Shown here piece by piece: positions 1 through 11,476 of a stretch of DNA of 64,000 bases. The number at the start of each line of letters is the position of its first letter. Within the stretch, counting starts at the first letter, position 1. This DNA comes from Gekko japonicus. Its lineage: Eukaryota. The DNA lies in the NCBI RefSeq assembly GCF_001447785.1, contig NW_015177041.1, positions 475,426-539,425 on the forward strand, read 5' to 3'. Under the pieces are notes generated by a model. The model was not told the origin of the DNA. It worked only from the letters and a program-made list of their open reading frames with translations, and ran no database searches. The position numbers and the translations under genes were made by a program.

Positions 1-268
1 GGAGAAGAAGAAGAGGAGGAGGAGATTGGATTTATACCCCGCCCTTCACTCGGAGTCTCAGAGCGGCTTACAAACTCCTTCCCCTCCCCACAACAGACAC
101 ACCCTGTGAGGTAGGTGGGCCTGAGAGAGCTCTGACAGAAACTGCTCTTTTCCAAGGACAGCTCTTGTCAGAACTAGGTCTTGCCCAAGGTCATCCAGCA
201 GGTGCAAGTGGAGGAGTGGGGAATCAAACCCGGTTCTCCCAGATCACTTAACCAGTACACCAGTCTGG
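1..268 (-). mobile_element. tRNA-derived Squam3-like SINE
   Basis: tRNA-like head (box A/B), conserved body and (CTT/CTC)n tail, shared with more than 10 copies in the window. Confidence 0.8.
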
Positions 269-919
269 CCCTTTCTACTACATTGGTAGCCCTGGCCTCC
301 AGAGAACAGGTCCACCTGCCCCAGTCCATGATACTGGTAGCCCTGGCCTCCATAGTGACCCAGGAATTCCGCCGACGGAACCAAAAGCTCTTTCGCGGGT
401 CCCCCTGGAAAGGAGTGGAGGGGGTGATTGAGGGGCAGAAACGTAACTGTATCTGGGCTTGTAGCGCTGTGAGCAGAGGTAGGCGCTCTTATGGTGGGGT
501 GCTCACATCGAAAGTTAGCTTGCCGGGAAGAGGGAGACGAGGTTAGCCACCTTGACATACTGGTTTTCCACAAGGGGATCCATTTTTGTCCCGGCCTGAG
601 CTCAGACACAGGCCCGTCTTCTGGCCTGCCGTGTGTGGGAACAAGGCCTGGGTGCATTGAGGCCTGCTGCGGGCCCCACTTGGAAGCCATGTGGGCAGAA
701 GGTCTGTTGGGCAAAGGCCGTGCCAGAGCTTCATGCTTGTTGCTCTGAAGGACAGTCTGGAGAGATCAGCCGCTGGCGATGAGGCATCGTGCCCAGAGAG
801 AGGGCCTCTGGAGAACCCCTGGGGGGGGCCCACCAGCCCCCCTCCTCCAGCCAGCCAAGCGGAGGGTTTGGGAGGCCCGGCTGGTCGGGCTCAGGAGTTG
901 GCACTCGGTCCCTGAGGGC

Positions 920-1080
920 TGCCTTGTTTCTTCCACTTTCTCCTGCCCGCCCGCCAGCCCCCTGAGCGATGTGTTCGATCCTTGAACTCTCTGTGCCACA
1001 TAGTCGTGGCTTGGGCGTGAATTCCCCCTTTACAGCTCTGACTTATCTCTAGCAATAAACAAACTCCTCCTGTATAAATA
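920..1080 (+). promoter_or_regulatory. APOA1 proximal promoter
   Basis: TATAAATA at 1073-1080 and GATCCTTGAACTCT at 977-990, which matches the recalled mammalian APOA1 nuclear-receptor site C. GATA-like CTTATC and FOXA-like AATAAACA motifs at about 1042-1061. Exon 1 donor GTAAGT at 1135. Confidence 0.8.
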
Positions 1081-1487
1081 GCCGGGAGCAGCGACCTGGC
1101 GGCACTCTGGGCAGCAGCAGCAACGGACGGATCGGTAAGTGGCTGGCTGGGCCCCGTGCCGGTCCCCCTGCCGCCCTCTGAGGAGGCATGGGGTGTGCTC
1201 AGGGCCAGCGCTGCCCCCCCCCCGATGGGCCTGCCATCTCCTGGATATCTGTGGGGGGGGAGAGGCGGTGAAGACCAGGGACCACTTCCATGCCATCACC
1301 GGAGCATAAGAGAATCCCCCCCCCCGAGTCCTGGTTTGGGATGGGGGAGGCAGGGCTGTGCTGGGCTGGGGGGCTTCCAAGGGCCTGGCTGATTCACAGA
1401 GGAGCAGCCCAGTTTTGAAGCTTGCATTCCCTTCCCTGTCCTCAGGTGAGACTTTCCTTCTGCCCCCAGGTTGGAACATCTCTCAAG

Positions 1488-3873
1488 ATGAGAGGCATCA
1501 GCGTGACCACCCTCGTCCTCTTGTTCCTCGCAGGTGGGTCGGGGTGGCTGCCGCGGGAGGCGTCCTGCAGTGCAGCCTCAGGCCAGGGTGGGCCCTTGTG
1601 CCTTGGAGGGGGAGGGGGCAGCTCCGGACGCTGCAGGGGGGGTGGGGTAGCTCGGCCAAGGGAGTAGCATCGGCAGAGACGGGGGCTGTCTTGGGCCCCT
1701 CCCCACACGCTGAGCCCCAGGAGCGAGGGGCCCGCTCCGCCTTGCTCTGACGATGCCCCCCGCCTCTGCAGGAACCCAGGCCCGCCACTTCTGGCAGCAG
1801 GATGAGCCCCCCCAGTCCCCCGTGCAGCACCTCAAAGAACAGTTCCACGCCTACCTGGAATCCGCCAAGGCCAGTGCCAAGGAAGTGATTGCACAGCTGG
1901 ATGCCTCCAACTTTGGCCAGCGCTTTGAGTGAGTCAGTCGGTCGGTCGGTGGGGACTTTGGACAGGGGGCTGTGTCGCATAGTGTGTGTGTGTGTGTGCC
2001 TGGCAGCCTCTGGCACTCTGCTGCTGCTGCTGCTGGAGGGGGGGCTGTGCCCCGAGGAGGGTTGCGGGGAGGGGCGCGGGGGGGTACTGCCTCCCCAGGG
2101 GACGGCTTGCCTCCCTGTGGCTGTCTGGCTCCTCTCTCAGCTGCGCCCGCTGCCCTGTGAGACCAGCTTTGTGCCCGTGTGGCTGGCTCCGCGGCATGTC
2201 TCGTCCTTTGTTTTAGATACCACAGGCGTTTTCATCAGCCTCCCCTTTTTTCTCTACTCTCCCCCCCTTTCATACTGAATGTTGAGCCTGATAGGGAAAA
2301 TGTGGGGCAATCAAAAGGTTGCAGGCACTTTTGTGTCCTTTGAGTTGGTCCTGATAAGAAGTCCTGATAAGACCCGGGGTGGGGAAGAGATCAGTGGACA
2401 GAGTAAGGCCAGAGGTGCCCTGCTGGTCTGTTTAGTCCAGCACATCCTGTCTCATGCAGTGGCCGGCCAGTTGCCCTGGATGGCCAAGAAACGGCCTCGA
2501 GGCCGAGGTCTTCCCTTGATGCTGAGAAAGAAGGACTCTTCTCCCTTTCTCACCATACAAGACCTCACGGGCACTCCATGAAATTGCTGAGCGGCCGGCT
2601 TAGAACGGATAAAAGGAAGTCCTTCTTCACCCAAAGAGTAATGAACACGTGGAATTCATGGCCAAAGGAGGTGGCGGCAGCTACAAGCATGTACGGCTTC
2701 AAGTGGGAATTAGATAAACCTATGGAGCAGAGGTCCATCACTTGCCATTAGCCACGAGGTATAGATAGGAACACACTGTCTGGGGCAGCGATGCTCTGTC
2801 TTCTTGGTGCTTGGGGGGCAACAGTGGGAGGGCTTCTCGAATTCTGGCCCTGCTGGTGTACCTCCTGATGGCCCCTGGTATTTTTGGCCACTGTGTGACA
2901 CAGAGTGTTGGACTGGATGGGCCACTGGTCTGATCCAACATTGGCTTCTCTTGTGTTCTTATGCTCTTATGTATTTGCTAGAGATGGCCAGCTGGGGGAT
3001 CAGAAATTAAATAATTCAGTAGACACCCACTGGAGTAATAACTTGGTTTGTTTTCTTCAACTCACCTATACTGTGTTGAGTGTAGACTGTCTTCTCTCCT
3101 CCCCCCCCCCCCCCCGGGAAGGCTAACTGTTCCCCCCGGCAGTCATACCGCAGCGGCACCCGGCGGCGTCTGAAGGGGTTGGAGGGCCCCAGCTGCAGCA
3201 CTGGAGCCACCTGCACATCAATCACCTCTGCCTTCTCTCCCCCCTCCCTCCCTCCAGCCTGGACCTGGGGACCAAGGTGGAGATGGTGGCGGCAGTGGCT
3301 GAGCAGCTCCGTGAGCAGCTGGCCCCCAGCTACCAGGCCATGCGGGAGCGCATTCATTCAGACTACGAGGAGCTGACGGCGGACCTGGCCCCCATCAAAG
3401 CCAAGGTCATGCCCTTGTTCGACGACCTGAATGCAAACCTGCAGGAGGTGGGGCAGGCCTACTACGCGAAGGTGACGCCGCTGGTGGAGGAGTGGCGGGA
3501 GAGCGCGCGGCAGGACATGGACAGCCTGCGGAGCAAGATGGAGCCCATCTCAGCCCAGCTCCGGGACAAGGTGCGGGTGCTGGTGGCCGACTTCCGCCAG
3601 AAAGCGGCCCCCTTCATGGAGGAGGCGCGGCAGGCGATGAGGCAGAAGGCGCAGCAGCTCCAGGAGCGCGCCGTGCCCCGCGTGCAGGAGATCCGCACCA
3701 TCGTCCAGGAGCAGATCGCCAGCCTGCACGAGGCAGCGGCCCCGATAGTGGAGACCTTGCGCCACAAGATGGGGCCCTTGCTGAAGAACGTGGAGGAGCG
3801 CCTGGTGTCCCTGCTGGAGACCCTGCAGAGGAACCTGGACCAGGAGAGCACGCAGCAGCAGCAGCAGTCCTAG
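1488..3873 (+). CDS. APOA1: Apolipoprotein A-I (3 coding exons: 1488-1533, 1772-1928, 3258-3873; 272 aa; non-coding exon 1 ends at 1134)
   Basis: Signal peptide MRGISVTTLVLLFLAG, propeptide RHFWQQ then DEPPQSP, and 22-mer proline-punctuated amphipathic repeats. GT-AG introns in phases 1 and 2 with a 157-nt exon 3. The three LCAT-activating Arg are present (PISAQLRDKVRVLVADFR). AATAAA at 3957-3962. Confidence 0.96.
2420..2972 (+). mobile_element. CR1 3' end fragments in APOA1 intron 3
   Basis: Near match to 17490-17911 including the tail, preceded by an inverted older 3'UTR piece. Confidence 0.8.
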
Positions 3874-4671
3874 AGGGCGGCCCGCACGCGCTTGCCGCCG
3901 GACCTTCGGGCTGAGCACCTCGCCCGCCTCTCTCTGTCTCCCTCCAGCTGGTGCCCAATAAAAGCCGTGCGTGGGATGGCCCTGGTGTGCCGCGTGTCTG
4001 CTTCTGAGTGATGGGGGTGGGGGCCCCTGGGGGCAGACTCCTTTTCTTTCTGGAGCTGGGCTGGTGGGCACTCGGTCAAGCCCGGTGCCCTGTAGAACTC
4101 CCAGGGTGCATTGCTGTACTCTGGTGGCCCAGGAGGGGGAGACATATAGAACGTTAGTTCTGTAGTCCCCCCCGTCAGCTGCCATGAACTTTCTGTAGCA
4201 AAAATACATCAGGGATGCTCTAGGCCGGTCCTGAATCGAGCAGGAGGTTGGACTATATGGCCTGTAGGGCCCCTTCCCACTCTGTGTGCTTCTGGCCAGG
4301 TGTGTGGGGGGGTCCTCAGCTGGCTCCTGGAGCCAGGCAGGAGGGAGCTGGGGCTGCCTTTCCCGCCAAGGGCCCCCAGGCACTCCTTGTGGGCAGGGAG
4401 GGAACATTTCCCAGGTGGGGCTTTGGAAGCGGCTGCTTTCTCCCTCCCTCCCACCCCAGCCCAAGGGTGTAGACTTTCCAATTTCCGGGGGGGGGGGGCT
4501 GGGGCTGGGCCAGAGGCATTGCTTTGCTAGGAGCAAGGGTGGCTCCCGGGGGAGGCTGAGCACCTTCCTGAAAATTTCGGCGGGGGCTGCCGCCCCACCG
4601 CCCCCACGAAGATTACGCCTATGCCCTGGTTCCTGGGAAGTCAGTCCAAGAGAAGCTGTTGTTCCAAGGGC

Positions 4672-5575
4672 TTTATTGAAGTGGGGGTGGGGGTGGAGAA
4701 CACACAGGCCAGGCCAGGCAGCTGTGGGGCCAGAGCAGCCGGGCTCCTGCCTCACTCGGCCCTCCCTTGGCTCAGTTCACTTGTCCCAGGTACCTCGCAT
4801 CTGTTTTGGCACCCGGTTCAGGCTCTTCTTCATCAAGGCCCTGCCAAGAGGGGGGGGGCAGCTGTGGGGGGGGCCCTTCCCTGGCTCCACCCACACCACC
4901 CACAATTCCCCTCCCATGGCCTTTTGACACATGCAAGCCTGCCTCTGGGTGTCTGACCCATATGGGAGAGGCAGAAGGGGCTTCCCTGGTGGTGTTACCT
5001 GAATGACTCATTGATTGATGCCCTTGACCGACTGCAGCAATTAGTCCCCCAGTCTCCCTGCCTGAGCTCCTGCAAGGCGAAGAAGAAGACGAGGAGGAGA
5101 TTGGATTTATACCTCACCCTTCACTACCCAGAGGAGTCTCAGAGCGGCTTACAATCTCCTTTCCCTTCCCCCTCCCCAAAACAGACACCCCCTGCGAGGT
5201 AGGTGGGGCTGTGAGAGGTCTTTCAAGGACTGCTCCTGAGAGAACAGCTCTGAAAAAACTTGTGAGTGACCCAAGGTCACACCAGCAGCTGCAAGTGGAG
5301 GCGCGGGGGAATCAAACCTGGTTTTCCCAGATCAGAATCTGCACACTTAACCATTACACCAAACTGGCTCTCAAAGCGGAGTGGAGGGCTTGGGGCTACT
5401 GCTCCCCCCCTGCAGGCAGGCTTGTAAGCATCCCAGGTGAGGGAGCCCTAGGTGAGGGAGTCTCAGCTGGTGCACGGCGTGCGAACGACCTGGGTTCTCA
5501 CAGGCAGGCAGGGCAAGCAGCACCAGAAGGGGGCCATCCAGCGCAGGAGGGGCCCCCTCATTCTCTCAGCTGGAC
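4672..5575 (-). pseudogene. APOC3: APOC3 pseudogene (exon 2 5575-5502, exon 3 from 5069, exon 4 from 4840, polyA signal 4677-4672)
   Basis: Syntenic position and orientation, convergent with APOA1. Signal-peptide exon ends GCCT|GTGAG; exon 3 starts CAG|GAGCT; exon 4 is phase 2 (ALMKKSLNRVPKQMRGTWDK*); AATAAA on the - strand. The ancestral frame has a 1-nt frameshift and stops at 5502/5069-5068, 5043-5041 and 5010-5008. Confidence 0.72.
5079..5371 (-). mobile_element. Squam3-like SINE in APOC3 intron 2
   Basis: Same family; its tail abuts the exon 3 acceptor. Confidence 0.8.
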
Positions 5576-5811
5576 CTGGAGAGGAAGTCTGCAGGAGGCT
5601 CTTGTGGGCACCTTTCTGGGGGTGGGGAGAGCAGGGCGCCTCCCCAGGACCCATGCCCCCCCCCCCGTGGGCTAAAGCTGATCGTGATCCTTCTCAAGCT
5701 AATGGGCAAAATCAGCCTCTCTGTTCAGGGCCAGGCAGGGGTCATGTGGCTACCCAGGACAAGGTTACTCCTACCTCACATTTTATCTACGCAACAACAG
5801 TCCTGTAAGGT

Positions 5812-5915
5812 GCCCTGGCCTGGATAGCCCAGCCAAGCCTGATCGCAGAAGCTAAGCAGGGTTGACTCTGGCAAGTACTTGGATGGGAGACCTCCGTGGA
5901 ATACCAGCAGTTGGG
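5812..5915 (+). mobile_element. 5S rRNA-derived SINE head
   Basis: GAAGCTAAGCAGGGT...AGTACTTGGATGGGAGACC...GGAATACC matches the 5S internal control region but is diverged. Confidence 0.7.
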
Positions 5916-6965
5916 AGGTGGGGGCAGGCCTCATTCAGCCCCCATCCTCCTGAATATCCTCCAGGCCTCCAGTAGGAGTCAGTCATCAGAGGTCGCCATG
6001 ACTTCCAGGTGCGCACACACTCACACAAGCTTATATGAAAAATACCAAAAAGAAGGAAAAAAACAGTCTTGTAAGGTAGGTCAGGCAGAGTAGGTGTGAG
6101 TAGTCCAGGGAAATTGGGGGGGGGGGAGTTGAGCCTAGGTCTCCCAAAGCCTGTTCTGACACTAACCACTAGGCTACACTGTGAGGGAGGACCAAATCCA
6201 GGCCAGAATGCTGATGGGGGAAGGCAGAGGCTATGGAGGGGACTGTTCAGCCCACAAAGTAAATAATGGTGAGCTAAAGCTCAGAACTGCAGTACCCAAG
6301 GAAGTGAGCTGCGACTTACAAAAATCATATTGAAGGGGTCACTGGACTTTCGTTTTCTTCTTATTAAGCTGCTTGCTTCAAGTCCAGTAACACCTTAGAA
6401 ATCAGCATGATTTTTGGGATATGAGCTTCGGAGAGTCAAAGGGATCCGAGACATTCCCTGCAGAGAAACTCATTTTTCTTTGGAGGTTTGAACTGAGCAA
6501 AACCTTCATCTTTAGTTAAATATATATATATATATTTGGCAGAGAACAGGCAGGAGGAGGGAAGTCCATTCAATTGCTTTCCAGCCTCACCGCAGACCCA
6601 CTTTAGAAATGTTAGTAGGTTGAGGGAGGGACAGTGGGATGGTCAAGCGTCCCTTCCCCCCACCAGCTAGATAGGTGACACCTAGCAGGGAACAGAGATT
6701 TGGAGGACTGAAGGTGCTAGGAAGAGTTCAGGAGGAACTTCCTGGAGACTTCAAGGCCTGGTTAGTGGGAAGAGAAAGAGATGATAGAACTCCTGGGAGA
6801 GAGGAGGATGCTGATTCTTTGATTCCGTGGAAGCAGACCAAACTCTTACCTCTGTGGGAGGTGGCCATTGCCATGGGCTGGCCTGCTCACCTGAGCAGAA
6901 GCTTCAAGGAAATGGGAACTCTGTAGAGGAACTGAGACCTTTTAAGCCAAGGAGCCTGAGATTGG

Positions 6966-7400
6966 GACAGAGGTGTCAATCAAGTTTGTTACGAGGGCCA
7001 GTTCTGACATAAATGTCATTTTGTTGGGCCAGGCCATATGTGCCATAAATTGTAATGCCTGGTACCAGAGAGATAAACTTTACGAAGGACACAGGCAAAC
7101 CCAATTAACGATATTAAATTTTACTCATAATGCAAACATGCTTAAAACACTAGCACTCTTAACAGTATTTCCTTTATATCACAGTCTCGTGCTCTGAATT
7201 ATTGCATTGTAAGCTGAGAATGTAGTTTTGGTTTATTGATATTTATTACAGAAAAGAGCTGTTCACAGATGTGTGTGGTCCCAAACAGAATTTTAGAAGC
7301 AAAAGTCTTAATTTGGTAATTCATACCCCAAAACGGGTAAATTTTGCTAATGCCAACTTCAGAAAACTTATCCTTCGGTACAGCATCACACTGCTCCCCC
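6966..7400 (-). mobile_element. hAT (Charlie/SPIN-like) transposon fragment
   Basis: The - strand encodes FASKILFGTTHICEQLFSVININK, resembling the hAT C-terminal dimerisation domain. A CAGAGGTGTCAA-type terminus lies at about 6969. Confidence 0.6.
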
Positions 7401-8077
7401 ACCTACCTGCGATTTGTGGCATCCTTTCACTGGTAGGAGGGGAGCAGGGTGAAAGTCCTTATTTTGTCAACTGTACTGACTCACTGTCTGTAATCCACCT
7501 TGGGTACACCTCCCACCTTAAAGAAACTTTTCCTGTCTGTTCCCTGCCCCTCCTCCAGCACAAGCAACCCCAGGGGTCCTCTTCCCCCTCTGAAAAGACT
7601 CTTTCCAAAAAAACTACATTAGATCTGCAACTTTTTCCCTCTGGAAGCATTTTTGTGTGTGAAGCAGGGTTTCTCCTCTACTTAGAGAGGTCCCCCCCAG
7701 AACATACACAAATACTGTAAACTGTCCAAGGAACTGGAGCCACCGGCCTCAACACTTGCTCGGTCCACCACAAAAATCATGAACAGTCCTGACTGGGATG
7801 ACTGGGAAGATGGCTTCTGCCTGCTGGAAGCTCACCTGTAGAGCTCCCTGTTTTTATTTGTTTTAGTCAAGTATCCGGCCCTTTATCTTGAGTGACACTA
7901 GAGAACTCTTGAAAGTGCCTTCAGGCACCTTTTGTCGATGTTTGGCGATGAATTGATTTGAAGCCCTGCTCTCATTGTTAAGCCGGAGAACTAAGAGGAC
8001 AATTAGTCGAAACAGCTATGCTGGCGTCTGCCTGCAGACTTTCTACTCCTGGTCCTGTAAACAGCCTCAAAGCTGTG

Positions 8078-8351
8078 AAGAAGAAGTAGAAGATCCTGCC
8101 CCTTCACTACCCAAAGGAGTCTCAGAGCGGCTTACAAACTCCTTTCCTTTCCCCTCCCCACAACAGGCATCCTATGAGGTAGGCGGGGCTGAGAGAGCTC
8201 TTGACAGAAACGGCTCTTTTTCAAGAACAGCTCTGACAGAACTATGGCTTGCCCAAGGTCATCCAGCAGGTGTAGGTGGAGGAGTCGGAAATCAAACCCG
8301 GTTCTCCCAGATTAGAGCCCACTCACTTAACCACTACACCAATCTGGCTCT
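8078..8351 (-). mobile_element. Squam3-like SINE
   Basis: Family match. Confidence 0.8.
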
Positions 8352-8864
8352 CTTTTGCCTTGTTCTAGATAACAAGCTGTAAGTTATGAGTTCTAATAAG
8401 AACAGGAGGGGAAACGCACAATGTAACTGGCTGATCTACTTTCTATTCACCAAGTAGATACGAAGCCTTAGAGACCGAACAAGACTCATCTCCAGCCTTC
8501 ATTAAGTCATCCCTTCCAGGAGGACACTTACAACTCCCCAAAATTAATTGAAGAAAAGGAACCAGTCTAATTAGGCAACGCTGAGGAATACAAACTGGAT
8601 TTAGATTATTTAAAAGATTACTTACTGAAGTTTGTTGGAGATCATTGTTTACTGACTTCACAAACAGTTACTGAAATCTTTCAGCAACTGAATTGCATTT
8701 CTGCTCGACTTGAACAACTTAGATATAGCTTCAGAATTTGTATGCAGGAGACTCTAAATTCTGCCCCTTCAAAAGGTCTACTGGATAAGACACTAAATAA
8801 ATCTGACTAGAATGGAATCCCTTTATCCCAGAAGCTACAGTCTACTAAGCCCGCAGATGGTGAT

Positions 8865-9098
8865 GAAGAAGAAGAAAAAGAGTTACCCCGCCGTTGCCTC
8901 GGATTCTCAGAGCGGCTCACAATCTCCTTCCCTTCCTCTCCGCACAACAGACACCCTGTGAGGTAGGCAGGGCTGAAAGAGCTGTGATTGACACAAGGTC
9001 TCCCAGCTGGCTGCTTGTGGAGGAGGAGGAGTGGGGAATCAAACCCGGCTCTCCAGATTAGAGTTTGCTGCTGTTAACCACGACACCAAGCTGGCTCC
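8865..9098 (-). mobile_element. Squam3-like SINE (shorter subfamily)
   Basis: Family match. Confidence 0.7.
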
Positions 9099-9209
9099 CA
9101 GGGGGAACTTGGGTAAAATTTACTTGTGGAATGGCATGTCAACTGCAAAACAACCAGGTAGCAATCTGGGTCTCAGGAAATGACCTGAAATGAGGTCATT
9201 GGCAAAATA

Positions 9210-9626
9210 GGCATACATCCGAGAGTTCTGAAAGAACTCAAATGTGAACTTGTGGATCTCCTGACAAAGATATGTAATCTTTCCTTAAAATCTGCCTCCA
9301 TTCCTGAGGATTGGAAGGTAGCTAATGTCACTCCCATCTTTAAAAAGGGTTCCAGAGGAGATCCGGGAAATTACAGGCCAGTCAGTCTGACGTCGATCCC
9401 GGGTAAATTGGTGGAAACCATTATTAAGGAAAGAATTAGTAGGCACATAGATGAACAAAACCTATTGAGGCAGACTCAGCACGGTTTCTGTAAGGGAAGA
9501 TCTTGTCTCACTAACCTGTTAGTGTTCTTTGAGGGGGTGAACAAACATGTGGACAAGGGGGATCCAATAGATATTATTTACCTTGACTTCCAGAAAGCTT
9601 TTGATAAAGTTCCTCATCAAAGGCTC
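9210..9626 (+). mobile_element. CR1 LINE reverse-transcriptase fragment
   Basis: IPEDWKVANVTPIFKKG...NYRPVSLTS...YLDFQKAFDKVPH. Confidence 0.9.
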
Positions 9627-9691
9627 CCCATTGGCCAGATTTTGAGAAGAAAGCCTCACGTTGTTGACCTTGTTAAAGTTGGAAAGCTTGA

Positions 9692-9970
9692 GAGCCAGTT
9701 TGGTGTCGTGGTAAAGTGTGTGGACTCTAATCTGGGAGAACCGGGTTTGATTCCCCACCCCTCCACTTGCACCTGGCTGGATGACCTTGGGCAAGCCGTA
9801 GTTCTGACAAGAGCTGTTCTTGAAAAAGAGCAGTTTCTCTCTAGAGCTCTCTCAGCCCCACCCACCTCACAGGGTGTCTGTTGTGGGGAGGGGAAGGGAA
9901 AGGAGTTTGTAAGCCGCTCTGAGACTCCAAGTGAAGGGCCGGGTATAAATCCAATGCTCCTCCTCCTCCT
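9692..9970 (+). mobile_element. Squam3-like SINE
   Basis: Family match. Confidence 0.8.
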
Positions 9971-11177
9971 TGGGACCTTGCGATCAGGGGTGAATCTGCT
10001 TCTCACTTTTCCCCAACCATTCCATGGATGTTGTTACAAATGTGCAGATTCCTTTCACTGTTTGAAATTACAGTCACTAGAGTCTTCCTTGATGAGGCTG
10101 TCTACCCACTATTACGAAACACTAGTGAGACAGAACACCTACTGGCTGGCTGTGGCTTTGGAACAGCTACTTTTAGCAGAGTTCTCGCCAAATCGTTAAG
10201 ATCCTCAAGATTATCTCACAGGTCATTTTACAAACCCCCCAGAAAGGATTGGCAAAATAAAAATCTTTTCCCTACCACATCAAGTGGAGAGATCAGCCAG
10301 AAGGGTGCTCAGTGGTGAGAGAAGGACGAGAAACAAGAAGGTCACCAATGAGAAACACTTTCTCAAACATAGAGAACCAACAAATTACTGATGAAACTAG
10401 TCAAAATCAACAATCAGATTCAGATCTCCGTAAGGCAGAATTTACATGGACTGCTCTTCTTCGTAAGATAAAGTCTGACTTACTCTCTTGTATGTTATCA
10501 GAAGGAGAAATGTCTTCTGGTGATAATGAGCTGGGCATATAGTCATCAAAACCCCGAAAGTGAATAGCTTAGATGTCTGCTGATTATTTCCAACTGACTT
10601 CTGCCTCCCAGTGAGCTGATATGATAATATAGCTACGTCAAAGGAGCTGAAGCTGCCAGTCCTCAGGAGACAACCCTGATTAATTTCTAAAGTTTCCTGA
10701 AGATTTCCTTTATTTGCTAATTTCCCCCCTCTTCTAATTCCTAAAGATTCTCATTTTGGCCTAGGTAGAATTGCCTACCAAAGCTATACATCAGGCCAAG
10801 TCTGCCCCTTACATTATTTTGATGTTTCCTTGTGATTTTGATGGCATACCTGTTTTATCTTAGCCTCCAGCTACACCCCTGCTCTTGCATTCCACCCCCC
10901 TCAAACACCAACACTCACCACCCTCCCTTGCCCCAACAGCTGTATTTCTGCTTCCCTCCCCGGACTTTCCCAGTGTAGTTCCCACCACACACCTCCACCT
11001 CACTGCATGCACTTCAACCCTTCCCTTCCGTGCCCCTCCCTCCAATCCCTTATACCCCACCCCCCTGATGCAGTTTGCCATTCCTACACTTCCCTTAATG
11101 CGCTGCTGAAGCAAAGGGGGAGGCCCAGCACACATGCGCATTGATGGGGAAGCAGCAACCCCCCTGCCTCTGACAGT

Positions 11178-11476
11178 AGGAGGAGGAGAAGAGGAAGAAG
11201 ATGAGGAGACTGGATTCATACCCCATGGCCCTTCACTACCCAAAGGTGTCTCAGAGCGGCTTACAAACTCCTCTCCCTTCCCCCGCCACAACAGACACCC
11301 TGTGAGGTAGGTGGGGCTGAGAGAGCTCTGATGGAAACTGCTCTTTTTCAAGGACAGCTCTTATCAGAACTACGGCTTGCCCAAGGTCATCTAGCCAGGT
11401 GCAAGTGGAGGAGTGGGGAATCAAACCCAGTTCTCCCAGATTAGAGTCCGCGCACTTAACCACTACGTCAAACTGG
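11178..11476 (-). mobile_element. Squam3-like SINE
   Basis: Family match. Confidence 0.8.

Noticed and set aside
3462-4755. Long - strand ORFs (401 aa, 129 aa)
   Set aside because: Antisense shadows of the GC3-rich APOA1 exon 4.
5812-5915. 5S rRNA gene
   Set aside because: Diverged, with a deleted 5' part, not in an array; a SINE head.
9692-9760. tRNA genes at SINE heads
   Set aside because: They continue into the SINE body and form no complete cloverleaf.
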